DNA of 64,000 bases. It comes from Candidatus Omnitrophota bacterium. GTDB taxonomy: Bacteria; Omnitrophota; Gorgyraeia; Gygaellales; Profunditerraquicolaceae. Location of the stretch: NCBI GenBank assembly GCA_041650835.1, contig JBAZKL010000002.1, positions 602,435-666,434 of the forward strand, read 5' to 3'. Positions 47,419 through 57,384 of this stretch are shown here, one piece after another. The first letter of the stretch is position 1. Each line of letters opens with the position of its first letter. The position numbers and the translations under genes are program-made. The notes beneath the pieces were generated by a model. It worked only from the letters and a program-made list of their open reading frames with translations. It made no database searches and was not told the origin of the DNA.

Positions 47419-48879
47419 TCAGTCCCTTCGCAGAGAATATATTACTTGAGCGCGACTATCGTAAACATTCACGATCAACGGCGTTTCCCCGATAGCATGG
47501 GTCGCGCAGGAAAAACACGGGTCATACGCCCGGAAAGCCATCTCTACCATATTCAACAACCCGTCATTGACCTGCCCCTTCTTAATGACCCCACGTGCTG
47601 CGTCTCTTATCGACATGCAGATCGCGGCATGATTATTACAGGTAGCGACAATTAAATTAACCGCTTGCGTAGTACCCGACTCATCAGTTTTATAATGATG
47701 GAACAGCGTTCCCCGGGGAGCTTCCACCACCCCCGTTCCTTCATCAGGCGTCTGAGATGGAATAGTCCTTACCTGCGTAGAAGTGATTTCCGGGTCCCTG
47801 CTCAACTGCAGCATGCGTTCTGAAGCATAGAGCAATTCAATGATCCGCGCCCAATGCATGGACATCGTATGATGGACCGGTTTACCGCCGAAAGTATGGT
47901 ACATCTTATCGTATTCAGCCTGGGCTAAAGGAGTCGCCATACCGTCTGCCGCGTTTAAACGGGCAAGAGGAGCTACCCGGAAAACACCGCTATCCCGCCC
48001 GGCCTTAAGACCATGCCAACCGATTTTCTTCAAATACGTAAACTTCAAATACGTCCATGGCTCGACAACTTCACCGATATGCTCCAGGTAATCCTGCGGT
48101 TTGAATTTCAGGAATTCCTTCCCGTCCGGATAGACGACCCTGATATCTCCGTCGTAAAAATTCACCTTATTATCCTTATCCACCAGCCCCATATAATATG
48201 TTTCCATATAATAAAGGTCTTTTGCCAGGATAAGGTCAACATATTGTTTATTCTTTAAAACAATATTTTCAAAGATCTTCTGGGTGAATTGAGAAAACTC
48301 GACACAAGAGGCTGATTTCTCCTCAATTATTTTTCTTTCCTCTTCGTTCAGCGCTTTTGAACAGCCCCCCGGAAGGCCGCAAACCGGCTGCGTTGCCCTG
48401 CCTCCGATAAGCGCCTGGATATCCTGAGCGTAGGCACGGTGTTTAATAACTTCTTTCCCTATATCCAAACCGACCCGAGCGATGACTCCCAGGATATTGC
48501 GTTCTGACGCGGGAGCATCCGGCCCGACTATAAAATCAGGGCCGGCCAAGGCGTAAAAATGAGCGATATGCGAATGGATCATATGAGCGCAATAAAACAA
48601 TTCCCGTAATTTCTTTGCCGCAGACGGTGGATCGACCTTATATACCGCATCGACCGCTTTCGCTGAAGCCAAATGATGGGCCTCAGGACATACCCCGCAT
48701 ATTTTCGGGGTTATTCTCGGTAATTCTTCAACATTCCTGCCTTCGCAGAATTTTTCAAAACCGCGCAGCTCCGGCACCTGAAAATAAGCATTTTCAACGT
48801 CACCTGCGTCATTCAAGAAGATATCAATCTTACCATGCCCTTCAAGCCGGGTAACAGGATCTATGGTGATCTTTTTCAT
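47419..48879 (-). CDS. mvhA: [NiFe] hydrogenase large subunit (MvhA-like, group 3c)
   Basis: RLEGHG, the N-terminal RxCGxC (CGVCPEAH) and the C-terminal DPCFSCATH are all present. Confidence 0.9.
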   Translation of the reverse strand: MKKITIDPVTRLEGHGKIDIFLNDAGDVENAYFQVPELRGFEKFCEGRNVEELPRITPKICGVCPEAHHLASAKAVDAVYKVDPPSAAKKLRELFYCAHMIHSHIAHFYALAGPDFIVGPDAPASERNILGVIARVGLDIGKEVIKHRAYAQDIQALIGGRATQPVCGLPGGCSKALNEEERKIIEEKSASCVEFSQFTQKIFENIVLKNKQYVDLILAKDLYYMETYYMGLVDKDNKVNFYDGDIRVVYPDGKEFLKFKPQDYLEHIGEVVEPWTYLKFTYLKKIGWHGLKAGRDSGVFRVAPLARLNAADGMATPLAQAEYDKMYHTFGGKPVHHTMSMHWARIIELLYASERMLQLSRDPEITSTQVRTIPSQTPDEGTGVVEAPRGTLFHHYKTDESGTTQAVNLIVATCNNHAAICMSIRDAARGVIKKGQVNDGLLNMVEMAFRAYDPCFSCATHAIGETPLIVNVYDSRAQVIYSLRRD

Positions 48880-49835
48880 TTAACAACCCCTTTAAGTATC
48901 GATTTAGCCAGGCTGAATTGATAAAAAATGCCGACCGGATCCTTAATGTCGGAAACAATGCGGGCAATTTCCTGTTCATCATTAGAATCAATAGCGCACG
49001 CGATCACGCTTAACATTTTCGCGCCCTGGTCGCTGATCCCCGGAGGCGGCCCGTAACAGCCGCGGCAGGGCATATTGACTTCCATGCATTTGGCGCCGCA
49101 GCCGCCCCGCGTGGCAGGGCCGCAACAGATGAGCCCCTGATCAAGCAGGCATTGCTTTGTATCGGCGATTATCTCATGCGGGCGAAAGAACTTCAGGATC
49201 TTCCGGTCAGAAGACCTCTCTCGGGGGCACTCATCACAGAGCGTCTTCTCCAAGCCGATCACCGAGCCCGCGGAAGGAAGCGTATGAGACGCGATCGCTT
49301 CAACGGTTTTAAGCACCCACTCTACTGTCGGCGGACAGCCGGGAAGGTAATACTCGACTCCGACTATCTCATCAAGCGGAAAAACCTTATCGTAGAATTT
49401 CGGGATTTCCAATTCGCCTTCCGGAACCGCTGTCTTCATAGCGGGACGAATACGCCGCGGATTATCGGTGGAAGGCGTGGTTTCATACACCCGCGTTAAG
49501 ATATCTTCGGCATGGAATTGATTCGCTAACCCGGGAATGCCTCCCCAGCTGGCACAGGCTCCATAAGCGATCATTATTTTCGATTTCTGCCGCAAAAGCT
49601 TTGCCAAATGTTCGGCTTCAGAATTCCTGATACCGCCGTTAAAAAAACAGATATCGATCCCCTTCTCAGGTAAGGCCTCAATATCCTTATATTTCCCGTC
49701 AAAAGCAACCGGCATTATTAATACATCAACCAAAGCGCTTACCTCAAGTATCTTCTCATTAATATCCAAGAAAGACACCTCGCATCCGCCGCAGGAAGCT
49801 CCCCAATAAAAAGCGATCTTCAATTTAGCGTTCAT
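48876..49835 (-). CDS. mvhG: [NiFe] hydrogenase small subunit (MvhG-like)
   Basis: WGASCGGCEVSFLD is the proximal cluster motif. The start was trimmed to MNAKLK to avoid a 108-bp overlap with the upstream gene. Confidence 0.8.
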   Translation of the reverse strand: MNAKLKIAFYWGASCGGCEVSFLDINEKILEVSALVDVLIMPVAFDGKYKDIEALPEKGIDICFFNGGIRNSEAEHLAKLLRQKSKIMIAYGACASWGGIPGLANQFHAEDILTRVYETTPSTDNPRRIRPAMKTAVPEGELEIPKFYDKVFPLDEIVGVEYYLPGCPPTVEWVLKTVEAIASHTLPSAGSVIGLEKTLCDECPRERSSDRKILKFFRPHEIIADTKQCLLDQGLICCGPATRGGCGAKCMEVNMPCRGCYGPPPGISDQGAKMLSVIACAIDSNDEQEIARIVSDIKDPVGIFYQFSLAKSILKGVVK

Positions 49836-50254
49836 CGCCGATCCCCCGTGTTCCCCGCCAGAGGACCCAGCTTCTTGACTGCTTCGACCATCTCCCGCGC
49901 CAGGAGTGAAAAACGCTCCGCTTCGTCGGCAGATACCCAATCAAGGAGGACGCGCTCCTTTTCAATACCAAACTGCCCAAGCATTACCTCTAACAATCTT
50001 TTGCGCCTCAGCGCTTTATAATTACCCTCTTTATAATGACAGTCGCCGGGGTGGCAGCCTAAGATCATTACTGCGTCCGCGCCCTCGCGGAACGCCTTAA
50101 GGACAAACTGCGGGTCAACCCTTCCCGAACACATAACTCGAATGACCGTAATATTACTCGGGACGTCTTTGTGCTGATTTCCCGCTAAATCAGCGCCCGC
50201 GTAACTGCACCAATTACACAAAAACCCTACGATCCTGGGTTGGAATCCGTTCAT
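49832..50254 (-). CDS. mvhD: MvhD/FlpD-type hydrogenase iron-sulfur subunit
   Basis: IVGFLCNWCSYAGADLAG...IRVMCSGRVD is the MvhD signature. Confidence 0.8.
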   Translation of the reverse strand: MNGFQPRIVGFLCNWCSYAGADLAGNQHKDVPSNITVIRVMCSGRVDPQFVLKAFREGADAVMILGCHPGDCHYKEGNYKALRRKRLLEVMLGQFGIEKERVLLDWVSADEAERFSLLAREMVEAVKKLGPLAGNTGDRR

Positions 50255-52188
50255 GACAATAACCCCTCGATCTCGCCGAATATTTGTTCATCGGTAAAAT
50301 GCTTACTTCTGATCGCCCCTGCCGGACAGGCAGCAGTACAAACCCCGCAGCCGAGGCATAAAACCTCGTTAATGACCGCGACCCTTTTCTCTTGGTCGAA
50401 TTTGATCGCCTGGAACGGGCACAAAGAAATACAGCTGCGGCATCCGCCGCAACGCTTCTCATCGACAGTTGATGTAAAGACTTCCAGGTCCAGCTTCTCG
50501 CCAGGGACGATCAAACTGAGTGCCATAGCAGCTGCGGCCTGCGCGTGTAATACCGATTGAGTAATATCTTTCGGCCCGGCAGCGCATCCCGCGATATATA
50601 TACCGCGTAAGTTGGCAGAAGACGGCCCTAATTTGTCATGCAAAGCGGTATAAAAACCATACGTATCAACCGATATCCCTAAAACAGACGCAAATCTGGC
50701 AGCATCAGGCGGACAGACCATTGCCGTAGCTAAAACACACATATCGACCGTAAAGGTACTATCGCCATTTCTAACGGCAAGGGCGTTTCCCTGAGGATAT
50801 ATCGCGACCTCGTTGGTATTATTCACCCGGATATATTCAGCCCCCGCGCCAAAAACCTTCTTGCAAAAAGAGGGATACTCTTTCCCGGGAAAGCACCAAT
50901 CAGAATAGATCTCATATATCTTTACATCGGGGAGTTTTTTCTTTGCCAGATACGCTAACTTCAATGAATAAGCGCAACAGACTCCGCTGCAGTATTCCTG
51001 ATAATTCTTATCTCTGCCTCCCGAACAATGCACAAACGCAATACTCCGGGGATTGTTTCCGGAAGCAGTCAATATTTTGCCTGCGGTCGGGCCGGTAGAA
51101 CTCATTAAACGCTCAAATTGGAAAGCGTCAACAATATCAGGATTATCGGCGGCAATATTCTTAAGTATAGCTTTATCCAAAAGTTCAAATCCGGTTGCCA
51201 CGACGATCGCTGCGACTTCCACCGAAAAAGACCGGTCTTGCTGTTCATAGTCAACCGCGCCAAAAGAACAAGCCTGCCGGCACTTACGGCAATCCTGGCC
51301 TTTTGACCTCAGGCAATTTTGATGATCTATTGCGGGTAAATTCGGAAGAGCTCCCGCAAAAGGAGTATATATCGCGTGGCGCAAGGACAGATTACCGTTA
51401 AACTTATTCTGGACGCTTACCGGGCATACTTCAAAGCACTCACCGCAACCGATGCATTTTTCAGCGTCAATACCGCGCGCCTTCTGCTTGATCTGGACAG
51501 TAAAGTTACCGAAAAACCCCGTGATATTCTCTACCGTACTATTGGTCAGAAGTACGATACGCTCATGATGCATGACACTGTCCATGGCAGGCTCAAGCAT
51601 ACAGGGAGCGCATTCCATATTCGGGAACACCTCTTCATACGCGACGGTCTTACCCCCGATCCATGCTTCTTTTTCAACAAGGTAAACTTTGCGGCTTTTT
51701 TGCTGCGCAAGGGTCAAAGCGGCAGTCATTCCGGCAACACCGGCGCCGATAACCAGGAAATCAGTCTTACATTCGATCTGTGATTTTTCCAGAGGTTCGT
51801 GCAATTGGACGCGTTTTATAGCGGCGTACAGTTGAGCGATCGCTTTTTGTGTAGCTGATACTTTATCTTTAGTTACCCAGGCAATCTGCTCCCGGATGTT
51901 GACGACCTGCAAGAGGAACGGGTTTAACCCCGCTTGGGCGAGGAGATTCTGAAAAGTTAATTCGTGCTGTTTGGGAGAGCACGCGGCGATAATAACACGG
52001 GAAATATCTTTTTCTTTGATCGCTCGCTTTAGTTCTTCCCGGCCTTCTTCTGAACACCAAAGCCGGTGGATCTTACTTTCAACCACGCCGGGTATAGACC
52101 GGGCGGCAACTGATAATGCTTGCGTATCGATAATCTCGGAGATATTATTGCCGCAATCGCAAATAAAAACACCGGTTTTTACATCCAT
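50251..52188 (-). CDS. hdrA: HdrA-like heterodisulfide reductase subunit A (FAD plus multiple 4Fe-4S)
   Basis: FAD/NAD fingerprint VIGAGVAGMTAAL and several CxxCxxCxxxCP ferredoxin motifs. Confidence 0.85.
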   Translation of the reverse strand: MDVKTGVFICDCGNNISEIIDTQALSVAARSIPGVVESKIHRLWCSEEGREELKRAIKEKDISRVIIAACSPKQHELTFQNLLAQAGLNPFLLQVVNIREQIAWVTKDKVSATQKAIAQLYAAIKRVQLHEPLEKSQIECKTDFLVIGAGVAGMTAALTLAQQKSRKVYLVEKEAWIGGKTVAYEEVFPNMECAPCMLEPAMDSVMHHERIVLLTNSTVENITGFFGNFTVQIKQKARGIDAEKCIGCGECFEVCPVSVQNKFNGNLSLRHAIYTPFAGALPNLPAIDHQNCLRSKGQDCRKCRQACSFGAVDYEQQDRSFSVEVAAIVVATGFELLDKAILKNIAADNPDIVDAFQFERLMSSTGPTAGKILTASGNNPRSIAFVHCSGGRDKNYQEYCSGVCCAYSLKLAYLAKKKLPDVKIYEIYSDWCFPGKEYPSFCKKVFGAGAEYIRVNNTNEVAIYPQGNALAVRNGDSTFTVDMCVLATAMVCPPDAARFASVLGISVDTYGFYTALHDKLGPSSANLRGIYIAGCAAGPKDITQSVLHAQAAAAMALSLIVPGEKLDLEVFTSTVDEKRCGGCRSCISLCPFQAIKFDQEKRVAVINEVLCLGCGVCTAACPAGAIRSKHFTDEQIFGEIEGLLS

Positions 52189-52421
52189 AAAATCGGCTCC
52201 TGTTTTTTATCTGTGGCTATAATATTTTGATTATCAATAACTTATTACTACTTAATAAATCTATTAAAGAACTTTTCCGCGTAAAAAACGAATTAATATC
52301 GCTTAATTTATTAAAATAATTGTAACAAATCCCTATCAAAAGTAAAGGTAATTTATTGGGCCATGATTACGAAAATATACATTTCCAGCGCAAGGTTTAC
52401 TCACATAAACACGCGCCTGGA

Positions 52422-53231
52422 TTACGGCCGCTCCATTTCTGTAAGGCAATCGGCTAAACGCGCGAAATCTTCCAAAGATAACCGTTCAGGCCGGGTATTT
52501 CTATCAATACGGCAGCGCAGGAAAAACTCGGCAAGGCTGCTTTCTTTCACCGTATCCTGAAGGCTGTTGCGCAGGGTCTTACGCCTCTGTTGAAAGGAGG
52601 TCCTGATAATATTGAACATTAACGCTTCATCTTTTACCTGAACGGGCGGCTCAGAGCGCACCTCTAATCTTAACAAACACGAATCAACCTTTGGCCGCGG
52701 ATTAAAACAACCCTTAGGGATCATCATCACGATACGCGGCAGCGTAAAATAACGAACAAAACAACTGAAAGACCCAAACAGCTTCGTTCCGGCTTCAGCG
52801 GTTATTCTCTCGGCAAATTCTTTTTGCACGGTAATAAAAATAACACTGATGTGCTCACGCGCGGCGAAAAGATGCTCAATGATCGGAGTAGTAATATAAT
52901 AGGGGATATTACCGAATACTTTAACCTTACGCTCCCCCGCCAGCCCGCACTCTCCTGCTATATCCGCTGTCAATATGTCCTTGTCATGGATATGGACATG
53001 CCGGTTCCCTTTAAACATATCGGATAAAACACTCTTGAGCCTGCGGTCTATCTCAAAAGCGTGGAGCTCACCTGTAACCGCTGCCAGCAATTGCGTCATT
53101 ATCCCGGTGCCTGCCCCTATTTCCACGACAGTATCCGACGCGGTAAAAGCGCAGGTAGCGATAATCTTCCTTTGAATATTCTTATCAACAAGGAAATTCT
53201 GGCCTAAACTTTTTCTGGGTTTGATCTGCAT
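52422..53231 (-). CDS. rsmA: 16S rRNA (adenine1518/1519-N6)-dimethyltransferase RsmA/KsgA
   Basis: SLGQNFLVD and VVEIGAGTGIMT match the KsgA motifs. Confidence 0.9.
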   Translation of the reverse strand: MQIKPRKSLGQNFLVDKNIQRKIIATCAFTASDTVVEIGAGTGIMTQLLAAVTGELHAFEIDRRLKSVLSDMFKGNRHVHIHDKDILTADIAGECGLAGERKVKVFGNIPYYITTPIIEHLFAAREHISVIFITVQKEFAERITAEAGTKLFGSFSCFVRYFTLPRIVMMIPKGCFNPRPKVDSCLLRLEVRSEPPVQVKDEALMFNIIRTSFQQRRKTLRNSLQDTVKESSLAEFFLRCRIDRNTRPERLSLEDFARLADCLTEMERP

Positions 53232-54208
53232 TGAATGGCTTGCTTAACCGCCGCGATTAAAGAACGGGGATCGGCATTGCCGGTAGCGGCGATATCAAAG
53301 GCAGTGCCGTGCAAAGGAGATGTCCGCACAAAGCCAAGCCCCAGGGTAATATTAACTCCGCTTGAAGCGTCAAGCAGCTTTAAAGGGATCAATGCCTGGT
53401 CATGATAACAGGCAATGACACAATCATATTCCTTCTTGTATGCTTGGGCAATAGCGGTATCCGCGGAAACCGGGCCCTTCAAACCGGGGAATTCTTTTTT
53501 GAGCGCGTCGACCGCTGGAAAGATAATATCGTTCTCTTCCCTGCCTAAAAGGCCGTTATCGGAAGCGTGCGGATTCAAGCCGCAGATGATAATACGCGGC
53601 TTGCGAATGCCGAATAATGTCTTTAAAGAATCATGCGTGAGCCTGAGCGTATCGCAGATAGAATCCTTACTTAAACGCCCTGATACATTCTTAAGCGGGA
53701 CATGCCTGGTCAATAAACTGAATCTTATATATTTATTTAACAGCATCATCACGGTATTGCCGGCATGCGCGTGGCGGGCGAAATATTCGGTATGCCCTGA
53801 ATAATGAAACCCCGCCAGGTTAATCGCTTCTTTAGAGATCGGGCAGGTCACCAGGCAATCGACGGCATTGCCCCTTATGAGTTCCATCGCCTTATCCAGG
53901 TATTCCACCGAAGCCCGGCCATAATCCGCGCTCACGCGGCCGAAGGAAAAATTTTTGCGCGGGACATTAGCTAAATCGATAAAGGTGGAATAATACGGTT
54001 TTTGGCGGCCGGGAAAAGGTGATCGGCGCCTGGAGTTCGCTTGGCGGCAAAGCGCTTGAGCTTTATCGAATACCCACTGGTCGCCGATGACCACAAACTC
54101 AACTCTTGAGCCGAAGTGGCCAAGCGCTAATGCGATGATAGACGGCCCGATACCGGAGGGATCTCCCATCGTGATACCGACTCTTATGGGGACTTGTTTT
54201 CTATGCAT
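53204..54208 (-). CDS. pdxA: 4-hydroxythreonine-4-phosphate dehydrogenase PdxA
   Basis: ITMGDPSGIGP, and the C-terminus matches the PdxA family. Confidence 0.85.
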   Translation of the reverse strand: MHRKQVPIRVGITMGDPSGIGPSIIALALGHFGSRVEFVVIGDQWVFDKAQALCRQANSRRRSPFPGRQKPYYSTFIDLANVPRKNFSFGRVSADYGRASVEYLDKAMELIRGNAVDCLVTCPISKEAINLAGFHYSGHTEYFARHAHAGNTVMMLLNKYIRFSLLTRHVPLKNVSGRLSKDSICDTLRLTHDSLKTLFGIRKPRIIICGLNPHASDNGLLGREENDIIFPAVDALKKEFPGLKGPVSADTAIAQAYKKEYDCVIACYHDQALIPLKLLDASSGVNITLGLGFVRTSPLHGTAFDIAATGNADPRSLIAAVKQAIQCRSNPEKV

Positions 54209-54234
54209 GAGTTCAGAAATTAAGGATACGATAT

Positions 54235-54376
54235 AAATTTTAAAGTTTAAAGGTTAAATAACAAAGGAAGTCTCAAGTTTAAAGGATAAATTTTAAAATT
54301 TCGTACCTGCCGGTAAGCAGGAACCTTTGGACTTTGAACTTCCTTTATTCTTTGGATTTTAACCTTTGATCTTTAC
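54235..54376. repeat. AT-rich palindromic intergenic repeat, family copy 2
   Basis: It has the same arm words as copy 1 and the centre cctgccggtaagcagg. Confidence 0.65.
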
Positions 54377-54409
54377 TAACGACCTGGCATGCAAACACAA
54401 GAATAAAAC

Positions 54410-55345
54410 TTATAAGATTTTAATGTAGGCCTGTTTTCTTAACCCTTCTACCCATTTGAGAAGCTCTTCCTGCATCTTCTTTTCGAAAATAAACCGGTAG
54501 ATCTCCTGTTGAGCCTCTTCAAAGCTCTGCTCTTTCGGCGGGATGATATTATTCAGTCTAAAAACATAAAAATAACCTTCACTCTTTACCGGATGGCTTA
54601 GTTCGCCGACCTTAAGATTAAAAACAGCCTCTTCGATCTCTTTACGTAATTCCTGGCCGCCGCCGCGCGCGCTCAACTTAGTGATCTTTATCGGATATTT
54701 AAGGGAAAGGTCGATAAAACTCTCTCCCGCGGCGATCTTTGCATAAACTTCCTGAGCGGTCGCGGCATCCTCCGCTTCAATAGAATCAAACTCACGCTGC
54801 TCGGGAACCCTAAAATCTTTAATGTTCTTGTAATAGAAATCCGTAACCTCTCCCGGATTAATACTGATCTTAGCGCGGACCTGTGTTTCGACAATAGCAT
54901 ACATGAGCATCTGCTCACGGATCCTCTTTTCCAGGTCAGCGGTTACCAGCCCTTGGGCAGCCAAAGAGCTCTGATATTCCGCTTCACTATTATAGCGCTT
55001 ACGGATCTCCGCCAATTTATCTTTGACCCTGGTCTCATCGATCCCGGTATCTTTCTTCTTAGCCTCCTGAAGGATAAGCCGGTCTTCGATCAAACGCTCC
55101 AACAGGTCTGATTTTATCGACGCGATCTTTTGCTGGACCTGGTCTTCGGGATATTCGCGCGAAAGCTGCACATAGGTAAAATTAATAAAATCATTCAGGT
55201 CTTTTTGCGTGATAATATCGCTATTGACCACCGCGATCATTTTATCCGCGGCGACGGCCTGCGAAGAGAATACAAAAAAAACAGAACATACAATAAGAAA
55301 AATAAGGGGCGCGAGCGCCTGGTTTTGAGCGTTACATTTGCGCAT
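54410..55345 (-). CDS. SurA/PrsA-like periplasmic chaperone with a PpiC-type PPIase domain
   Basis: A signal peptide, a SurA-N-like helical region and a parvulin-like SHPVKSEGYFYVF are present. The start was trimmed to M23. Confidence 0.7.
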   Translation of the reverse strand: MRKCNAQNQALAPLIFLIVCSVFFVFSSQAVAADKMIAVVNSDIITQKDLNDFINFTYVQLSREYPEDQVQQKIASIKSDLLERLIEDRLILQEAKKKDTGIDETRVKDKLAEIRKRYNSEAEYQSSLAAQGLVTADLEKRIREQMLMYAIVETQVRAKISINPGEVTDFYYKNIKDFRVPEQREFDSIEAEDAATAQEVYAKIAAGESFIDLSLKYPIKITKLSARGGGQELRKEIEEAVFNLKVGELSHPVKSEGYFYVFRLNNIIPPKEQSFEEAQQEIYRFIFEKKMQEELLKWVEGLRKQAYIKIL

Positions 55346-57239
55346 GGTTAAAAACTCCTGCTTGTTTAAAATTGTCAATCGCTTCTCTGAGCAGCCGGCA
55401 ATACAGGTCAAATCCGACGGCGTTAATAAAACCGTGCTGTTGCACGCCCAAAAGATTACCTGCGCCTCTGATCTCCAGATCTTCCATCGCGATCTTAAAG
55501 CCGGAACCTAATTGCGTGTATTCCTGAATAGCATGCAGCCGTTTATGGGCATCCGTGCTTAAAACCCGGTGCCGGGGGACTAAAAAAAAGGCGTAGGCCG
55601 GACGGTTAAACCTGCCTACCCTTCCCCTGAGCTGATGCAGATCAGACACCCCGAACGTATGCGCGTCATCAATAATGATGGTATTCACATTCGGGATATC
55701 GATCCCTGATTCAATGATCATGGTGCATAAAAGGACGTCGATCTTGCCTTTTAAAAGCTCGGACATTACCTTTTCCAGGTATTGCGGCGGCATCTTTCCG
55801 TGCGCCACCTCTATCACGGTAGTCACCGGAAGGAGTTTTACCAGGCGCTGGCGCACCTTCTCAATATCATGGATGCGGTTATGCAAAAAATAGACCTGCC
55901 CCTTACGGTTGAGCTCCCGCGAGATCGCCTGGAGGATAATATCTTCGTCATATTCTATCACAATCGTTTTTATAGGCAATCTATTTTCAGGAGGAGTATT
56001 GATCACGGAAAAATCCTTGGCGTTCATCAGGCTTAAATATAATGTCCGGGGTATAGGCGTGGCCGTCAAGGTCAAAACATCGGTGGTCAAGCGAAGCGAT
56101 TTGAGCTTTTCCTTGGCTTTGACGCCGAAACGCTGCTCTTCATCGATGATCACCAGGCCCAGGTCTTTAAACCTGACATCATCGGACAATAAGCGGTGCG
56201 TCCCGATGACAATATCGATCGCGCCGGCGCTAATACCTTCAATGATCTGTTTTTGCTCACCCGGAGTCTTGAACCTAGAGAGCATTTCGACATTAACGGG
56301 AAAATCTTTAAGCCGCTGAGTGAAATTCTGGTAATGCTGCTCAGCCAGGATAGTCGTCGGGACTAAATACGCCACCTGTTTATTATCCATGACAGCCTTA
56401 AATGCGGCTCGCATCGCGACTTCCGTCTTGCCGTAACCTACGTCGCCGCACAAAAGGCGGTCCATCGGCTTAATACTTTCCATATCTTTTTTTACTTCGG
56501 AAGCTGCGGTAATCTGGTCCGGCGTCTCTTTATAGGGGAATGTCCGCTCAAATTCTTTCTGCCAGGGGGTATCCACGGCGAATGAAAAACCCTGGATCGA
56601 TAAACGCATCGCCTGTAACGATAACAGCTCGATCGCCAGCTTTTGGATCCCCTTCTTTGCCCGCTCTTTGATCCTCTGCCATTCTTTACTTCCCAAGCGG
56701 TAGAGCTTTGGCCTGCGCAGCTGGAAAGCCACATATTTTTGCACCAGGTTCATGCTCTCGACAGGGACAAAAAGCTTTTCCTGCCGGTCGTATTCAATGA
56801 CCAGATGCTCCTGCATCTTTTCCCTGACCTTGATCTTTTCAAAGCCGAGGAACCTGCCGATACCATGCTGGTTATGGACGACATAATCTCCTCTGTGCAA
56901 ATCAAGGAAGTTATCCAGAGGGAAGGATTCATTAAAAGCAGCCGCCTTAAAAGAATGCAGCTTCTTCACCGGCAGGATAATGACCATGGTGTGGGGCCAC
57001 AGAGGGTTGCCTTCCGCGGGATTATACGTCTTTATCGAGAGGACCACATCATCCTCAAGTTCAATGCGGACAGGCAGCTCAAAAGTATAGGGAAAGATAT
57101 CGACAATAGAGCCGCGACAGGCGAAATCGCCTTCTTCAGCAGCAAAATCCTGCCGCTTATACCCGAATTCGGCCAGCAAACGGATGATCGCTTCCAGCCC
57201 AAGGGAGCTACCGATATGTAGTTTAAGGGATTTAAACAC
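55332..57239 (-). CDS. mfd: Transcription-repair coupling factor Mfd, short form lacking the UvrB-homology N-terminal domains
   Basis: A CarD/TRCF RNAP-interaction domain is followed by a DEAD-box helicase (GDVGYGKTEVAMRAAF, DEEQRFG). The protein is only 635 aa. Confidence 0.75.
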   Translation of the reverse strand: MFKSLKLHIGSSLGLEAIIRLLAEFGYKRQDFAAEEGDFACRGSIVDIFPYTFELPVRIELEDDVVLSIKTYNPAEGNPLWPHTMVIILPVKKLHSFKAAAFNESFPLDNFLDLHRGDYVVHNQHGIGRFLGFEKIKVREKMQEHLVIEYDRQEKLFVPVESMNLVQKYVAFQLRRPKLYRLGSKEWQRIKERAKKGIQKLAIELLSLQAMRLSIQGFSFAVDTPWQKEFERTFPYKETPDQITAASEVKKDMESIKPMDRLLCGDVGYGKTEVAMRAAFKAVMDNKQVAYLVPTTILAEQHYQNFTQRLKDFPVNVEMLSRFKTPGEQKQIIEGISAGAIDIVIGTHRLLSDDVRFKDLGLVIIDEEQRFGVKAKEKLKSLRLTTDVLTLTATPIPRTLYLSLMNAKDFSVINTPPENRLPIKTIVIEYDEDIILQAISRELNRKGQVYFLHNRIHDIEKVRQRLVKLLPVTTVIEVAHGKMPPQYLEKVMSELLKGKIDVLLCTMIIESGIDIPNVNTIIIDDAHTFGVSDLHQLRGRVGRFNRPAYAFFLVPRHRVLSTDAHKRLHAIQEYTQLGSGFKIAMEDLEIRGAGNLLGVQQHGFINAVGFDLYCRLLREAIDNFKQAGVFNHAQM

Positions 57240-57263
57240 GATCGTTAATGTCGTTATTTTCGT

Positions 57264-57330
57264 TACTATCGTTTAGTTCGTTAAACGAAACTAATGATGT
57301 TACCGAAAACAACGAACTAAACGATAGTAA
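57264..57330. promoter_or_regulatory. 20-bp perfect inverted repeat immediately upstream of the mfd start
   Basis: The arms ttactatcgtttagttcgtt and aacgaactaaacgatagtaa are separated by a 27-nt spacer. Confidence 0.4.
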
Positions 57331-57364
57331 AAAGGACGCGAGGGAAATCCCTTGCGTCCTTTTA
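57331..57364 (-). terminator. Rho-independent terminator downstream of secDF
   Basis: The stem aaaggacgcgaggg/cccttgcgtccttt is followed on the minus strand by UUUUUAC. Confidence 0.55.
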
Positions 57365-57384
57365 GAGACGAGAATTGACACTTA

